Shown here: positions 50,701-62,481 of the stretch, piece after piece
How the letters are laid out: the number at the start of each line of letters is the position of its first letter
How positions within the stretch are numbered: position 1 is the first letter of the stretch
Source: Selaginella moellendorffii
Taxonomy: Eukaryota > Plantae > Lycopodiophyta
Direction of reading: 5' to 3'
NCBI RefSeq assembly: GCF_000143415.4
Contig: NW_003314286.1
Span: forward strand, 263,766 to 327,765
DNA: 64,000 bases
The notes under the pieces: generated by a model
Told to the model about the DNA's origin: nothing
The model's database searches: none
The model's input: only the letters and a program-made list of their open reading frames with translations
Translations under genes and position numbers: made by a program

Positions 50701-52172
50701 TCGTCGTTTAGAGACCGCGAGAAACGCAAGGCGTTGAGCTTCAAATCATTGGGCTTCCGGCCATCCTCCACACCCATTGAGTTTAGCAACTCCCCGTCAT
50801 GGTACCTCCTCAGCACATCTACCCATTTGTCAAAAACAACTTTTGTTGCGAGTAGAATGTTATGGATGTTGAGTGTGTCATTGACCCCCAGTGTTTTCGA
50901 GAGAAGACTCGAGAATTCCTGCAATGGAAATGGCGTGAGGCCACATGCTATGCCACATGCAACGAGGCTTACCTGCCAGGCGCTAGTTGCTAGTGCACGT
51001 CCTTGTCCTGGTTTTTGTGGCTTCTTCAGTTGAACCCAGAGCTTCCGTGTTCGTGCCAATGTCTCATGCAGACCCGATTTGTAGCACGTTTCTTGCTTGA
51101 CATTCTGCGTGTGGGAGATGTATATGATAGATCGGAGGGGCGAGTTGCCTTTTATCAGGCGGACAACTCTTGTCTTGAAGACTTTCTTCACCTCCTCGCC
51201 CACCATAATATCCAGAACTATCTCTTGCATCGCCAAGCTAGAATGCTGCCCGGAGACGGCATAGAACCGGATGTTCTGATCGTCCAACACCTTCCTATTG
51301 ATCAAGTTTGGAAACCTCGTCTCGCCCTTCATTGTTTGGTAGTAGGGGATCACATCTGCGATGTCGGGTGTTACTGGACTTGCCAGCATCTTCTGCTTCA
51401 GTTTCTCCACCCACTCATCAGATACTAGCCTGTGGTTGTATTTGCTTTGGATGTCGATACGGCTCACGTCGATTGTATATACTTTGTTGGAATAGTAACA
51501 AGTACTATTATCTACGACGATTTTTGCTGCCTCTTCTTGCTCTTTCTGCTCTTTGCGGCTCTTCTTTTTGGTGGGTGTAGTGTTCGAACCCGAGGCAATG
51601 GCATCACCGAGTAGCTTCTTTTTTGGAGCAGAAGAGTCGGACGTCGGCTTGAGCTTGACCACCCTTTTCAGCTTCGGGGTAGTTTCCAGATCGACCCCCT
51701 TCCCCTTCGCTTCGCGAACTGGAGGCACTCTCAACGGCTCAATGTTGGAATATAGTTTTTGAACATCGCCGTAGGTGAGGTCCGTGGATTCCATGTGATC
51801 TTCATAGACCCGCAGCGTCTTTGAAATTGTGGGCCTCCTGGACAACCTCTCCCTAGCTCCCTCTAGGAATTCCTCATAGCCGCTGCCCCCCTCCGGGAAG
51901 CCGCTAGGATGTGCAAGGTGGATCTTGAAGGCGGATGCTGTCTCTACCACAAGTGCCAGTCCATATTCTTGCATGGAACTGCATGGAGTGTCTGTCACTT
52001 GGATGAGGATCCCCATGCATTCTTTTCTCCCACCATCTGTGTTGTACAGCATCAGATCCTCGCCTTCCATCCCGAAAGTCCAACTGGTGAGCTCCTCCCC
52101 CTTCTCTGCATCCACATTGACAATGGCTGGAAGAAGAACGCAATTCCTCGCCTGTTCAGAAATGCACAACAA
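47708..52172 (-). CDS. Multi-exon transposon cargo gene: ParB-like domain, degenerate DNA amino-methyltransferase-like domain, basic and acidic low-complexity exons, repeat region; true start probably upstream of 52172
   Basis: An 859-aa open frame plus downstream GT-AG-bounded exons. YNHRLVSDEWVEKLKQKM...FYAVSGQHSSLA is ParB-like. NPKKAP..WEMLSWV...KCVVEYNCGG.FFRAALLKGVPCVAV resembles a SAM-binding segment. Confidence 0.6.
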
Positions 52173-53089
52173 TTAGAGCTGACAGATGAAAAGCTAGCAG
52201 CTGGAAATAACGTGAGGCCACACGCCATTCACCACTGCATCAGATGTCTTGAGGCTGCATCCTAAGATGGCGTGAGGCTACACGCCATCTGTAACCGGAC
52301 TGCACTCGAGAGCCCAATCGGTGCATGCCAATGTTGCTACTGAATGGCATGTGGCCTCATGCCATTTTCTACTTGGCCTAAAAGACTTACTATTTGAAGC
52401 CGAATGGAGGCCGTGACAATCGAGGCCAGACTCGCTGGCGAATGTGCACTGTGTGTGCAGCGGATCGTAGCAGCAAGGCTACTCTGCCACTTACAGTTGG
52501 AGAGTGGCGCTGAAATCTCCCGGGACGCCAAGTGGGCTGCGTGTGGGTGGCGGAGTGGGCGGCGGAGTTGGCGGCGAAGTTACAAACTGGGTGTGTCTTG
52601 AAGTGGACGCCGATGCACACGAGCGCGATGCGAGCGCGAGTGTGATGCAAGCGCGAGTGGACGCCGATGCACACGAGAAACCTGTAGAGAAGTGAGCGTG
52701 ATCGCGAGTAGGAGCGCGATGCGAGCGGGAGCGCGAGTGTGATGCGAGCGCGAGCGTGAGCACGAAGCAAAATGCAAAACCTAACCTCACACGCGCGAAA
52801 TGTCACAACGGTTGGTAATCCCGCCACGTCATCATTCCTCGGACTTGGGCGCCACCATTAATTTCTGGATTGCCGTGCGCATGCAAGCACGCAAAATCCA
52901 AAAAAAATCCGCAACGTCATCATTCATCGGACTGCATGCACGCGAAATCCAAAAGAAAGATCATGATTGGGATATCATTTAATACCCTCGCTATATTTAT
53001 ACCATGCATGATTGGATATTCCAAAGCATCTTGTATTTCCAAAAATGGCAGATGTTCAGCTAAATAAAGAAATTCTATCTGTTTCTATT

Positions 53090-54430
53090 TTTCTCTCAAA
53101 TCAATATTATAGCGTGTGGGTTCATGCAATTTTGAACCAAAGAAACCCAAAAAACGTTGGACCCAAAATATTTTAAAAAAACCCAAAAAACCCTAAACAT
53201 TTTAAACCCAAAAATCCAGGCGTCCTGTGGCGTTATTCCTTGAATGGCATGTGGGCGCATGCCATTTTCAGGGCCAAATGCTGAATGGAGAAAAATTCCC
53301 TTTCAGTGCAAATGCTGCAAGAGGCAGATGCCGAGCACAAAGGACTGTAACTACCTCACATGACACAGATAAACTTTTCTCTATTTGGGAAAGATAAACT
53401 TTATAGCGTGTGGGCTCATGCAATTTTGAACCCAAAAAATGCACCAAAAAATTCTCGGTGTCATCTGGCGTTATCTCGTGAATGGCGTGGGGCCGCATGC
53501 CATTTTCAGGGGCACATAGGAGTATATTCCTAGGATATTCTGACACGCGCGAGATTTTTTTGAGTTTTCTGGAGATCCAACCGTTAGATCGCAACTAGAT
53601 TTTACAGAATGGTATACAATGTCTTTCTTGATGACCCTGCAAAGAAGCATCTCGATCGGACACCACATGAGACCACACAAGCCTTACAATGTTTCAGGGG
53701 CATTTGCCATAGATCCGACCGTTATTTTGCTCCAAGATTTTACAGTTTGGTGTGCATTGACCTTTCCATCGACACTGCAAAGGGACATCACAATCAGATG
53801 CGGGATCACAAGAAACTAACTTCACTAACTCTGGTTTCACCAAGATCTACGTAAGGAGTTATGAAATGAAAGGACCCTCTCTATTGAAATGTGTTTATGG
53901 TCCTAGGGGCATTGTGACATATCAAAGGATTTTGCATCAAGTTCTATATTTGCATGTTTATCAAGCTACTGAATTGCTAAACCCTAAACCCTAAACATGT
54001 GGCAAATGCTGCGTGAAGAAAGATGCCCTTTCTGGGCAAATGCTGTAAGAGGCAGATGCCGAGCAGATGTATCTCAGGCTAGCGAAGGGGAAAAACGAAA
54101 GCTAGCTATAAACATGACGGGATGCAAATAGATTACTAGGCTGGTCCTGCGAAAATCAAAAACCATAATTGAAAACATTGAAAATGCAAAAAGAAAGGTT
54201 TATAATATTTTTGAATTTTAAGCAGCCAAAGGAATGTAAGTAGGGCATGTGTTTGTAAGTTTAAAAATGCCTCAACCACTTAAATTCCCAAGTAAATAAA
54301 GCTGTTTCTATTTTTGGTACAGATAAACTTTATAGCGTGTGGGATCATGCAATTTTGAACCCAAAAATGCACCAAAAAATGCTCGACTAGCATTATTCTT
54401 TGAATGGCGTGTGGCCTTATATTGCCATAA
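53090..54430. repeat. Three ~140-170-bp direct repeats (53090-53270, 53375-53510, 54300-54430), each carrying two palindrome copies
   Basis: ttatagcgtgtggg.tcatgcaattttgaacc...gaatggc.tg.gg recurs three times. Confidence 0.85.
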
Positions 54431-55290
54431 ATGGACGTACACACAGAGCATAATTATTCCTTTACACGGCGAATAATCTTGGCACGGATCGCTGACATGG
54501 CATGGCAAAGTTCGAATCACTGACATGGCACAGCTGGATCGAGGCAAGGACATGATGTGACAAAGTTCAACCTCCGACAGCAAAGTCTAGAAGCTACTCA
54601 GTTTGAAATTTGTCAAAGGAGTCATAAAATCTGGTTTGTCAGAGGATTTGATGTGACATTCAAGCGTGTGTTATTTTTGAATTCTCGAACTCATTCCTAG
54701 GTCTATCATTTTTGTGCGCCGTGTTCCTGGTTCCGCTGAGCGCAGTGAGCGCTGCTTGTGTAAGCGGCGTTGTGGGCTATGGTTTATGCGTATACGAGCG
54801 GTTGCGGCATTGCGAGCGCCATTGCGAGCGGCAGTTTATGCGAGTGGCAATTTGTGCGAGCGGCGCTACGAGCAGTTGCGGTGTTGCGAGCGGCGCTACG
54901 AGTAGTTGCGGTGTTGCGAGCGGCACTGTCTTTGGTGTGGCTACCGCTTCCTCTTGATATTCGGCACTTGTGCTTCCTGGTATGTTCACCATGGAATGGC
55001 TTAGGACCACATTTAGAAATGGCATGAGGCCACATGCCATCTTGGGCCCTTGCAATTTCATGGCTAGCGTATTGTCATGTATGTTTTTACTTGCCTGCAG
55101 CTGTGTGTATATCAAGATGGCATGAGGCCTCATGCCAATTTTGTGAATGCAAAATTTCACGTGGGTGTCAATAGCATGTTTGAATAATGGCATGTGGCCT
55201 CATGCTATTGAGGTTGTTTGGTATGTTATGATTTAGGCCATTCTCCAATCATTTTTTGTATGGTCTTAACTTCTTTTCTGCACTTTTAGA

Positions 55291-58184
55291 ATGGCCTTCA
55301 GGGTTGGGGAAAAGGTTTACATTTTGAATGGTGGGAAGAGAGTTGCAAAAGGGACCCTTGTGTCTATGGATCGGAACTTTGTTATACACTGTCAAAGGCT
55401 TGGGGAAGGCAATGCTGCTGTATCAGTAGAGACTGTCTTCGATGGGAATGTGGTCGCTATTGAACGAGGAGAGATGGTCGTCGGGGTAAATGTTGTTGTT
55501 GCCTTGAAAAATCTTCAGAAGAAAGTAGATGTTGGGGACAGCGCAAGTGCGACGCATGTTCCCTCCGTGGATCTTAAGAACCGTGCTACATGGATTCAGG
55601 CGAAGGTGTTTCTAAACAACCCCGAGGGGGAGGTGGTAGCTGAGGGCTTAGCCACAGTTGTCGATCCAAGAGATGCGGTTGCTAATCAAGAATTGGGCTG
55701 GGATGATATTGGAGTTGCGATTTTAGAGGTTGTTGACACAGAAGAAAACAGTCTGACTATTGGAAGCATTGTGCGGTGGAAATTGAGGCACTTAGTGTTT
55801 GAGAATGTGAAGGATTCACAATCAAACACCACTACAAGGCATTACGGTCATCTGTTGATGCTTCAGAACATCAGGTGGGGGGCATGGTCTTCCAGAGGGG
55901 TTTGGTCTACATGAAGGCATGGAGAATCATTTATGGAGTCCCTCAAACCACATTCTACAGAATCAAAACTGAGTTCGAGGAACAAAGGGTTCAACAGGCA
56001 GTCCATGGGAACGACAGTACGCACAAAACCAGGGGTCATGTTGTATATGGAGAGGCAATCTTCAAGAGGTTTGTCGAGACATGTAGCGAGCAGCAACCAC
56101 ATAAAACCCGCCTCTTGGAAGATGGAACACGAGACACCCAACGAGTTCTCCCTTCCATGTATACCAAGGGGGCCATATTGGAAGATGTGAATCGGGAACT
56201 CCAGAGTAATGGCTACAGGAAGCTGAGCCAATCTAGATTTAGTAGATTGTGGAGCAACAGGTTCAGGGATGTGAGTATAGGAAAGTACTCCAGCTTTTCA
56301 AAGTGTGACGAGTGCACTGCTATCAAAATGGCTTTGTTGAAGAATTCTTGCAGCGCTCAAGAGCGAGAGACGTTGGTTAGAAGGCGGCTCGACCACAACA
56401 TCGAGCAGAGAAGCTGCAGGACTGCATATTATCATAACAGGATTCTCTCCATGGAGAGACCTGACTCTTACCTCTGCATCATCCACGACAAAATGGACCA
56501 GAAAAAGACATGCTTACCTCGACTCAATCCTGCCCCCAAGGCAATCTCTTCATCCATGCAGCTGCCTGTGTCTCTGTTTGGCATAATCGCTCATGGGCAT
56601 GGTGCCCAGAACTATGGGAACTTCTTTGTACCTCTATGGGGTGGCGGGGGTGCAAACATGATGATTGCGTCCCTAGCAAAACACTTAAGGTCTCTGCAAA
56701 GTGCGCAGACTGAGCTGAACGGCCAACCCTTGCATAAGGCCCTTGTCGATCGAACCCCATACAGGGTTCAGCTGGAGGAGGAGCAAAGGCTTGCAGTATC
56801 GCGTGGGGCCCCATGCCATCCCAGTGAATATGTTGGCCGTCAGATTGTAGGGTTATCACGTGAGGCCTCATGCCATTCCGACGAGGCTGGTCGCCCGGTG
56901 AATGCACAGCCTCATCCAAACGAAGCAGAATCTCAAGGAAGTTCTTGCGGCCGATGTGGCCTTCCACCCCATCTTCTGCTCCAAACAGACAATGCTGGCA
57001 GTGAGAACAAAAACATGTACGTCTTCGCGTACTTGGCGATGCTTGTTGCCAAAGGCATATTTGAAACGGTTACACTTGGCTTTCTCATGGTTGGGCACAC
57101 TCATGAAGACGTCGATGCCATGTTCAGTCACCTGGCAAAGTCCCTCCGGCGATCCAATGTCCTCACCCTCCCACAACTCTACGATGAATTCCAAAATTGC
57201 ATCAAAGGCACTGTTGAAGCTGCACTTCTGACAGAGGTTCCAGACTTTAAGGGGTTTGTAAGAGGCTACATCAGGGACGGATCCGAAACGCTGATTGGCC
57301 ACTCCAAGCCTCTTCAGTTTCATTTCAGCATGTGTGACGGTGCTCAGTGATGAGGTACAAGATGAGAGAATGGGACACAGTGTGGCTGCTAGTGGACGGC
57401 ATTGAACTCTTCAAGAGAGATCCCATAACTGGGGAACCTATGATTCCTCAGGGTTCCCCACGGCCGATGCACCCGGATGGACTCAAAGACCAGGAAAGTA
57501 TAGTGGCCGGGATTAGACAGCATATTGCCTTCTGGAAGAGGGGGTTGGTGTTTGGTGGAGAATCCTATTTTCAGAGGTGCAAGCCTTTGCTCGAATACTG
57601 GGAGAAGATTATATCTGCTATCCAAAATGGGCCGGTTGTATATGAAGAATTGGAAGAGTCCTTTTGGCCAGAACCCAGAGCACCAGATAGTAGCGGAACA
57701 ATGTCGTCTGGAAATGCAGTGACAGATAACGATGTTGAGGATCACTATTATGGGCCGAGGAACAAGAAGCCGGATTCAGCATTCAATCCAGTACAGGTCT
57801 GCAAAGGAATGGTCGTGCTTGTCAGACCCAGTAATAAAAAACAAATGATATGGGTGGGGCGCTGCATCACTGATGCAGAGGAGGACGCGGAAACTAACTC
57901 CTTCAATGTAACTGTGGAGTGGTTCAAGCCAAGTTCCGGATATACGAAGGATTGCCTAGAAAAGAGATGGGTGCTAAATCCAAGGGATCCCAGCATGAGC
58001 ATATCGGTGGATAATGTTGTGCATGGTTGGATGCGGAAGTAGAGTGCCACCATCACCTTGCCAGACCATGCAAGAGCATTCATAACCCGGGTTCAAGGTG
58101 AGATTCATTAATATTCCTTTACTAAGTTTCTAATATATTTTATTTCAAGGTGAACAATCCGAATCTGAATCAGAGGAGGCCTGA
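55291..58184 (+). pseudogene. Sola1-like DDD transposase gene with two frameshifts (~55870, ~57347) and a stop at 58040
   Basis: Motifs KCDEC, CIIHDKMDQKK, LLQTDNAGSENKN and FLMVGHTHEDVDAMFS. Flanked by an N-terminal duplicated beta-rich domain and a C-terminal SH3/Tudor-like segment. Confidence 0.8.
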
Positions 58185-61100
58185 TATAGTGTGTGAGGTA
58201 AAACAAAGATGATGTGACATATGCATTTACCAATCACACGTGCATAAATCTAATAATATGGCGTGTGGCCCATATTAATGGCACATAAACTCATATTGTG
58301 GGCTTACGTACTTTATGTACCATCATTCCCTTGCAGCGTGTGTGTTGGTTTCCTTTTATAACACAACGAACTCCATATTTTAGGGTGAAGAGCGTTCTCA
58401 TGGCAAGCACAAAATCTGTAAGTGAGGCAGAAAAGGAGACGGAGAAGGAGGTAGGTGAAGATGTAGAATATATGTCTTCCAAACTCCCCGTACTATACTC
58501 CAGGTGATCATTTTTCTGAACAAACGGCAATATTAACAACTATCGAGAACGCCCCAGTAACGTCAGAGACAACAATCCAAAGCAAAACAACTGACCCGGA
58601 GAAGGATGATAGTACCGCTGAGAGTACCAAAAAGGAGGTGTCCACTAGCGCTTAGGCTTATAATGGCGTGTGCCCTCATGCCATTTACTTGATCACCAAA
58701 TACCTTTTTCCCTTTGCACTAGTATATCTTAATACCGGTCTGAGAAATAGAATGGCATGTGCCCTCAGGCCTTTTACTAAATCACCTTTGAAAGAAATGC
58801 AAGCCTCTATGTCGTAAAAAAAAGGTACTAGAGAAATTCCTTAATAATATGAATGTTATTTAGTTTCATGAAAATACACTAAGGGTGGTCAAATGAGTTA
58901 AATGACTTCTCCAGACTAGCAATGCCTCTTGCTACACCTTCACAATTAGATTCGTTAGAAAAAGATAACATTGAATAATATCTAAATGTTCTCACCATTA
59001 AGTGATATGTCTGGCTAATAGGAATGATGTTCATCTTGGAAAGCTCACCACACGCTCAATGAACAAACAAATAGTGTGTGCGCGCATGCCATCGCTCTTC
59101 TTTAGCTTCAGATTCGGCTTGTTCACCTTGACAATGAGATTTATTATACAACCAGATGGACTCAGTCTGGACATAAAGTCATCGCACTAGTCACCATGCC
59201 CCAGATATGTCTAGCCCCTGGACAAAAAACATATAATTTCACGTCATTTTCAAATACTTGAAAATTTGTACCTAGTCCCATTTTACTGAATAAATCCCAC
59301 TTTAACGAAATAGAGCTTTTGGATGGAGAAGGTGTGTAGTTGAGGCATTAACATTGATAGCACTTGTGTTAGTGAAAATGACATTGTTGATTCAAGTGAT
59401 GAGGAATTTTCTTTAGAGCTTGATTTTCCATGTCATTTTTCTTGTTAGTGTTTTTGCTTCACATTGGATCTTGAAGGTAGTTGAAAAAGAGTGTTAATGC
59501 AATATGGATATCTGAAGATATAGTCTTCGTGATCAAGCCTTGGATATTCATTTTGCATTTTACAGATGTTAGAAAAATGGGTAAAGATGTTCGTGGCTTA
59601 AGCATACTATAAGTCTTGAGAATTTGTGTTGAGGTGAACCTATGTGAAGTTGTTAATAGAAGGAAATTGGTTGAGTCTTGAAAGTTTATATTCCTAAATT
59701 TAGAGTCATTCTTTCTTTAGGATGGAAAATTTTCCACAAATTTTCTTAGACTTTTCCAATGGTTGATTTGTTGATCACTTTGCCCGAAAACCATCCATTT
59801 TCGTAAGCTAGTACAAACTAGTGAAGGGGTTGGAATTAACTTTGGTTAACTTAGACCTTAGTATGTAGTTTGTATGATACGGCTCGAAAGGGATGCTAAC
59901 TTTTGGGGCTAAAGCAATTAGGTTGGATAAAGTCTGGAGTTGGTGTAGAAAAGTGGCCTTTGCGCTTTTCTAGAAAGGTGACCCTTGTGCCTTTTTTCTA
60001 TAGCATTTTTCTTGGTGGTAAGTTGCACCTTGCATTTTGCTAAGACTCTATGAGAGTAGTAAGCTCTTACTGATCTTGACTTAGTCTTGGTAGCTCTACA
60101 CCTTGGCTGAGGATGGTGATGTCCAACTTAGTTGTTTGAATTTGAGATGTTAGTACCCGTACTATAGCTTTGTTTATGAGGAGGTATGTTTTTTATATGA
60201 GTTCATCTTATGGTCTTCACTTTAGTTTTGACTGGGTGTTGATTATGCATAGCTAGCCTCTTCCATGCTCAAAGCTATTGACTAGATGTGTTAGTCAGCT
60301 TATCGCAATTGAGTTGGATTCGAGTGGTCATTTAGTTTATGCTTGTCCATGAACCTTTATCTCATGCATGGGATATTATGTTCATATTGGACAAGTATAT
60401 GACTCAATAGCATGAGTTTAGTGTTTGGGTCTTATGAAGGCAAGTTGAAAGAGTGCTTGTAAACCTTGTTAAAGAGATTGTTGACACTTACTTCACTCAA
60501 TGATGATTTAGCAGTGATAGGTTTGCTTTACTAGATGGTGTTGCAAAGGATCGTATCGTTAGACTTACATGGTTTTTCCATGTTGGTATATCGACTCTAC
60601 CTTGTCGATATCATTTGGTTGCATTTAGTTCGTGGTGTTGGATTTCATTAAGTCTTGGATGTTGTGATTCACTCCTTGAGGAAGTGTTATCTGTAACTGA
60701 GTATTGTTGGAGGATTAGTCTCAGATATTAACTAAAGTATCTTCGAATTTGGTTAGTTTGGTTGCTAGAGAGCTTTGAGTGGTGATTCACTTTTGCTTTC
60801 TTTTAGCTTTGTTATGGTGTTAATGGCATTGAAGTGATGTTTTGTCATTGACATTATTGATATTGATATCTGAGTGAAATAAGATGTCTCTTGGATTGAT
60901 ATTGAGTTTCATTAGTCTCAATAAAGATAGTATTGATGGTTTAGCTATGGCTTTGTGTTATTGGCATTTGTGCATTTGCTAGTTAGCAACTGTATCGACG
61001 TTCAAATGAACTAAATGGCAAGTTAAGTTAGTTGTGTTCTAAACGAGATTGTTTAGTAGGGGTTGAGCTTTAGCTTTTCCTTGAAAAGTGATTTAGTCGT

Positions 61101-61930
61101 AGACTATGCTAGCTTTACGAGATGAAGAGTTAGTGATCGATATTGAAATGTTTGAATCCTTTGCTGGATTTCAATTGAGATATATCAATTATTGATGATT
61201 CTTCTTATGCTTGTTATGAAATGAGTTACGTTTTGTTATAGATGGATTCATAGAGGATCATTTGGTGATCACTTGTTGAGTATAACTCCATTGTGCTTAG
61301 CTTTTGGATTGATGCAGACATGCTCTTCATTAGCTCTAACATTATGAAGTTTAGTTTATAGATGTGTTGAGGAGGATATTGTGGGTTGTACCATGATTTC
61401 TTTTTTAGCATTCACATTAGTTCATGCAAGACTCATGATCATTGTTAGGCAAGACTTGGTTATAGACTTCTTCGAACTTTTGGTTCTTTGAGTTTTATGC
61501 TCATTGTTCCATTTGTTAGGAGTTGTTGAGAAAGGCATTTTGGCTTATTACCTTTGATGTTGAAGTTGGTTTTTGCATCTAGTAATCATTGATGATGATT
61601 GACTATCATCTAGAATGGTTGATTATCCTTGTCAAAAGTTTTAGGTTACCATGTCTGCCAAACACCTTCCGCTATTATGCCCTTTGTGTTAGTCTCAATT
61701 CAGTCCCAAATGCTATTTATGGAAAGTGTCCACATTTGCTCATTTGGCATATTTACGGAATGTAAAGATTGTCCTAAACACAATGGTGTTCGTTCTGTGT
61801 CTAAATTCGCAATCTAGCACCATTCCATATTTAGTAAGTTTCAAGCTTGTCCCAAAGACTAACTCCTGATACTAAGGGAGGCTTGGGGTGAAAGCCCAAA
61901 GCGTGTGTTCCTCAAGGGGGGAGGGGGGGC

Positions 61931-62481
61931 TGTGAGGGGGTTCCAAATGTATAATAGGGATAGTGGATAGGTTGGGCATGGCTGACCAATCTGAGGCATA
62001 GTCTAGCTCCTGCTTGCATGCCTATCCTTGTTCTGCGTCCGGCTTGGGTTTAAGTCTAAATTCCATTCCATGCTAGTTGGTGGAGTACCCATATCCTTGT
62101 GTCACCGGTATGCCGAAATAACACCAGACTCCGTTTGGCTCCATTTTATGTGTTGGTTCTAGCATTGGGATGCTGGTTGCTCCAGGACTGTTCCAAGTCG
62201 CTCCGAGCTCCTGTCCCTTTACTCCTTGGGCTGTATGCTCGGGAGTTGCTCCGTGGTCCAGTTCCCTCATTCTTTGGCTCCATGCTTGGGAGTTTGGCAC
62301 CGTTCCTTTGTTCAGTGGCCCAAGGCCCTGAACCTCAGGTTCCGCACCACTGTCCTTTGGACATATGGCATATGACATGTGGCATATGTCACGTGGCATA
62401 AAGAGGGTTTAGGTTCCGCTTCGTGGTGTTACCCTATAGTAAATCACCATAGGATAAAGGGTAAAAACCACGTGTGCTACA
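61931..62481 (+). repeat. 3' LTR of the old Gypsy element
   Basis: Preceded by a purine tract; colinear with 44477-45032. Confidence 0.9.

Larger units (their letters stand above)
46388..59318. mobile_element. 12.9-kb Sola1-like cut-and-paste DNA transposon with cargo genes
   Basis: Perfect 24-bp TIRs AAGCTCTATTTCGTTAAAGTGGGA (46388-46411 and 59295-59318); 4-bp TSD TTGG (46384-46387 and 59319-59322); DDD-type transposase inside. Confidence 0.88.
44477..62481 (+). mobile_element. Old, heavily degenerate Ty3/Gypsy-type LTR retrotransposon, split by the Sola-like element
   Basis: Two diverged ~555-bp LTRs (TG...CA); tRNA-iMet-like PBS TGGTATCA at 45035; PPT at 61914-61930; the interior lacks long ORFs. 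No TSD match (GGAAA vs GATAG). Confidence 0.82.

Noticed and set aside
53979-53996. AAACCCT repeats as an interstitial telomere
   Set aside because: Only about 2.5 units; better explained as a telobox, like those near gene starts at ~2063 and ~10536.
46774-59092. Reading the 22-bp palindromes as a CRISPR array or MITEs
   Set aside because: Spacing is irregular (tens of bp to over 1 kb), there are no cas genes or individual TSDs, and the context is eukaryotic.
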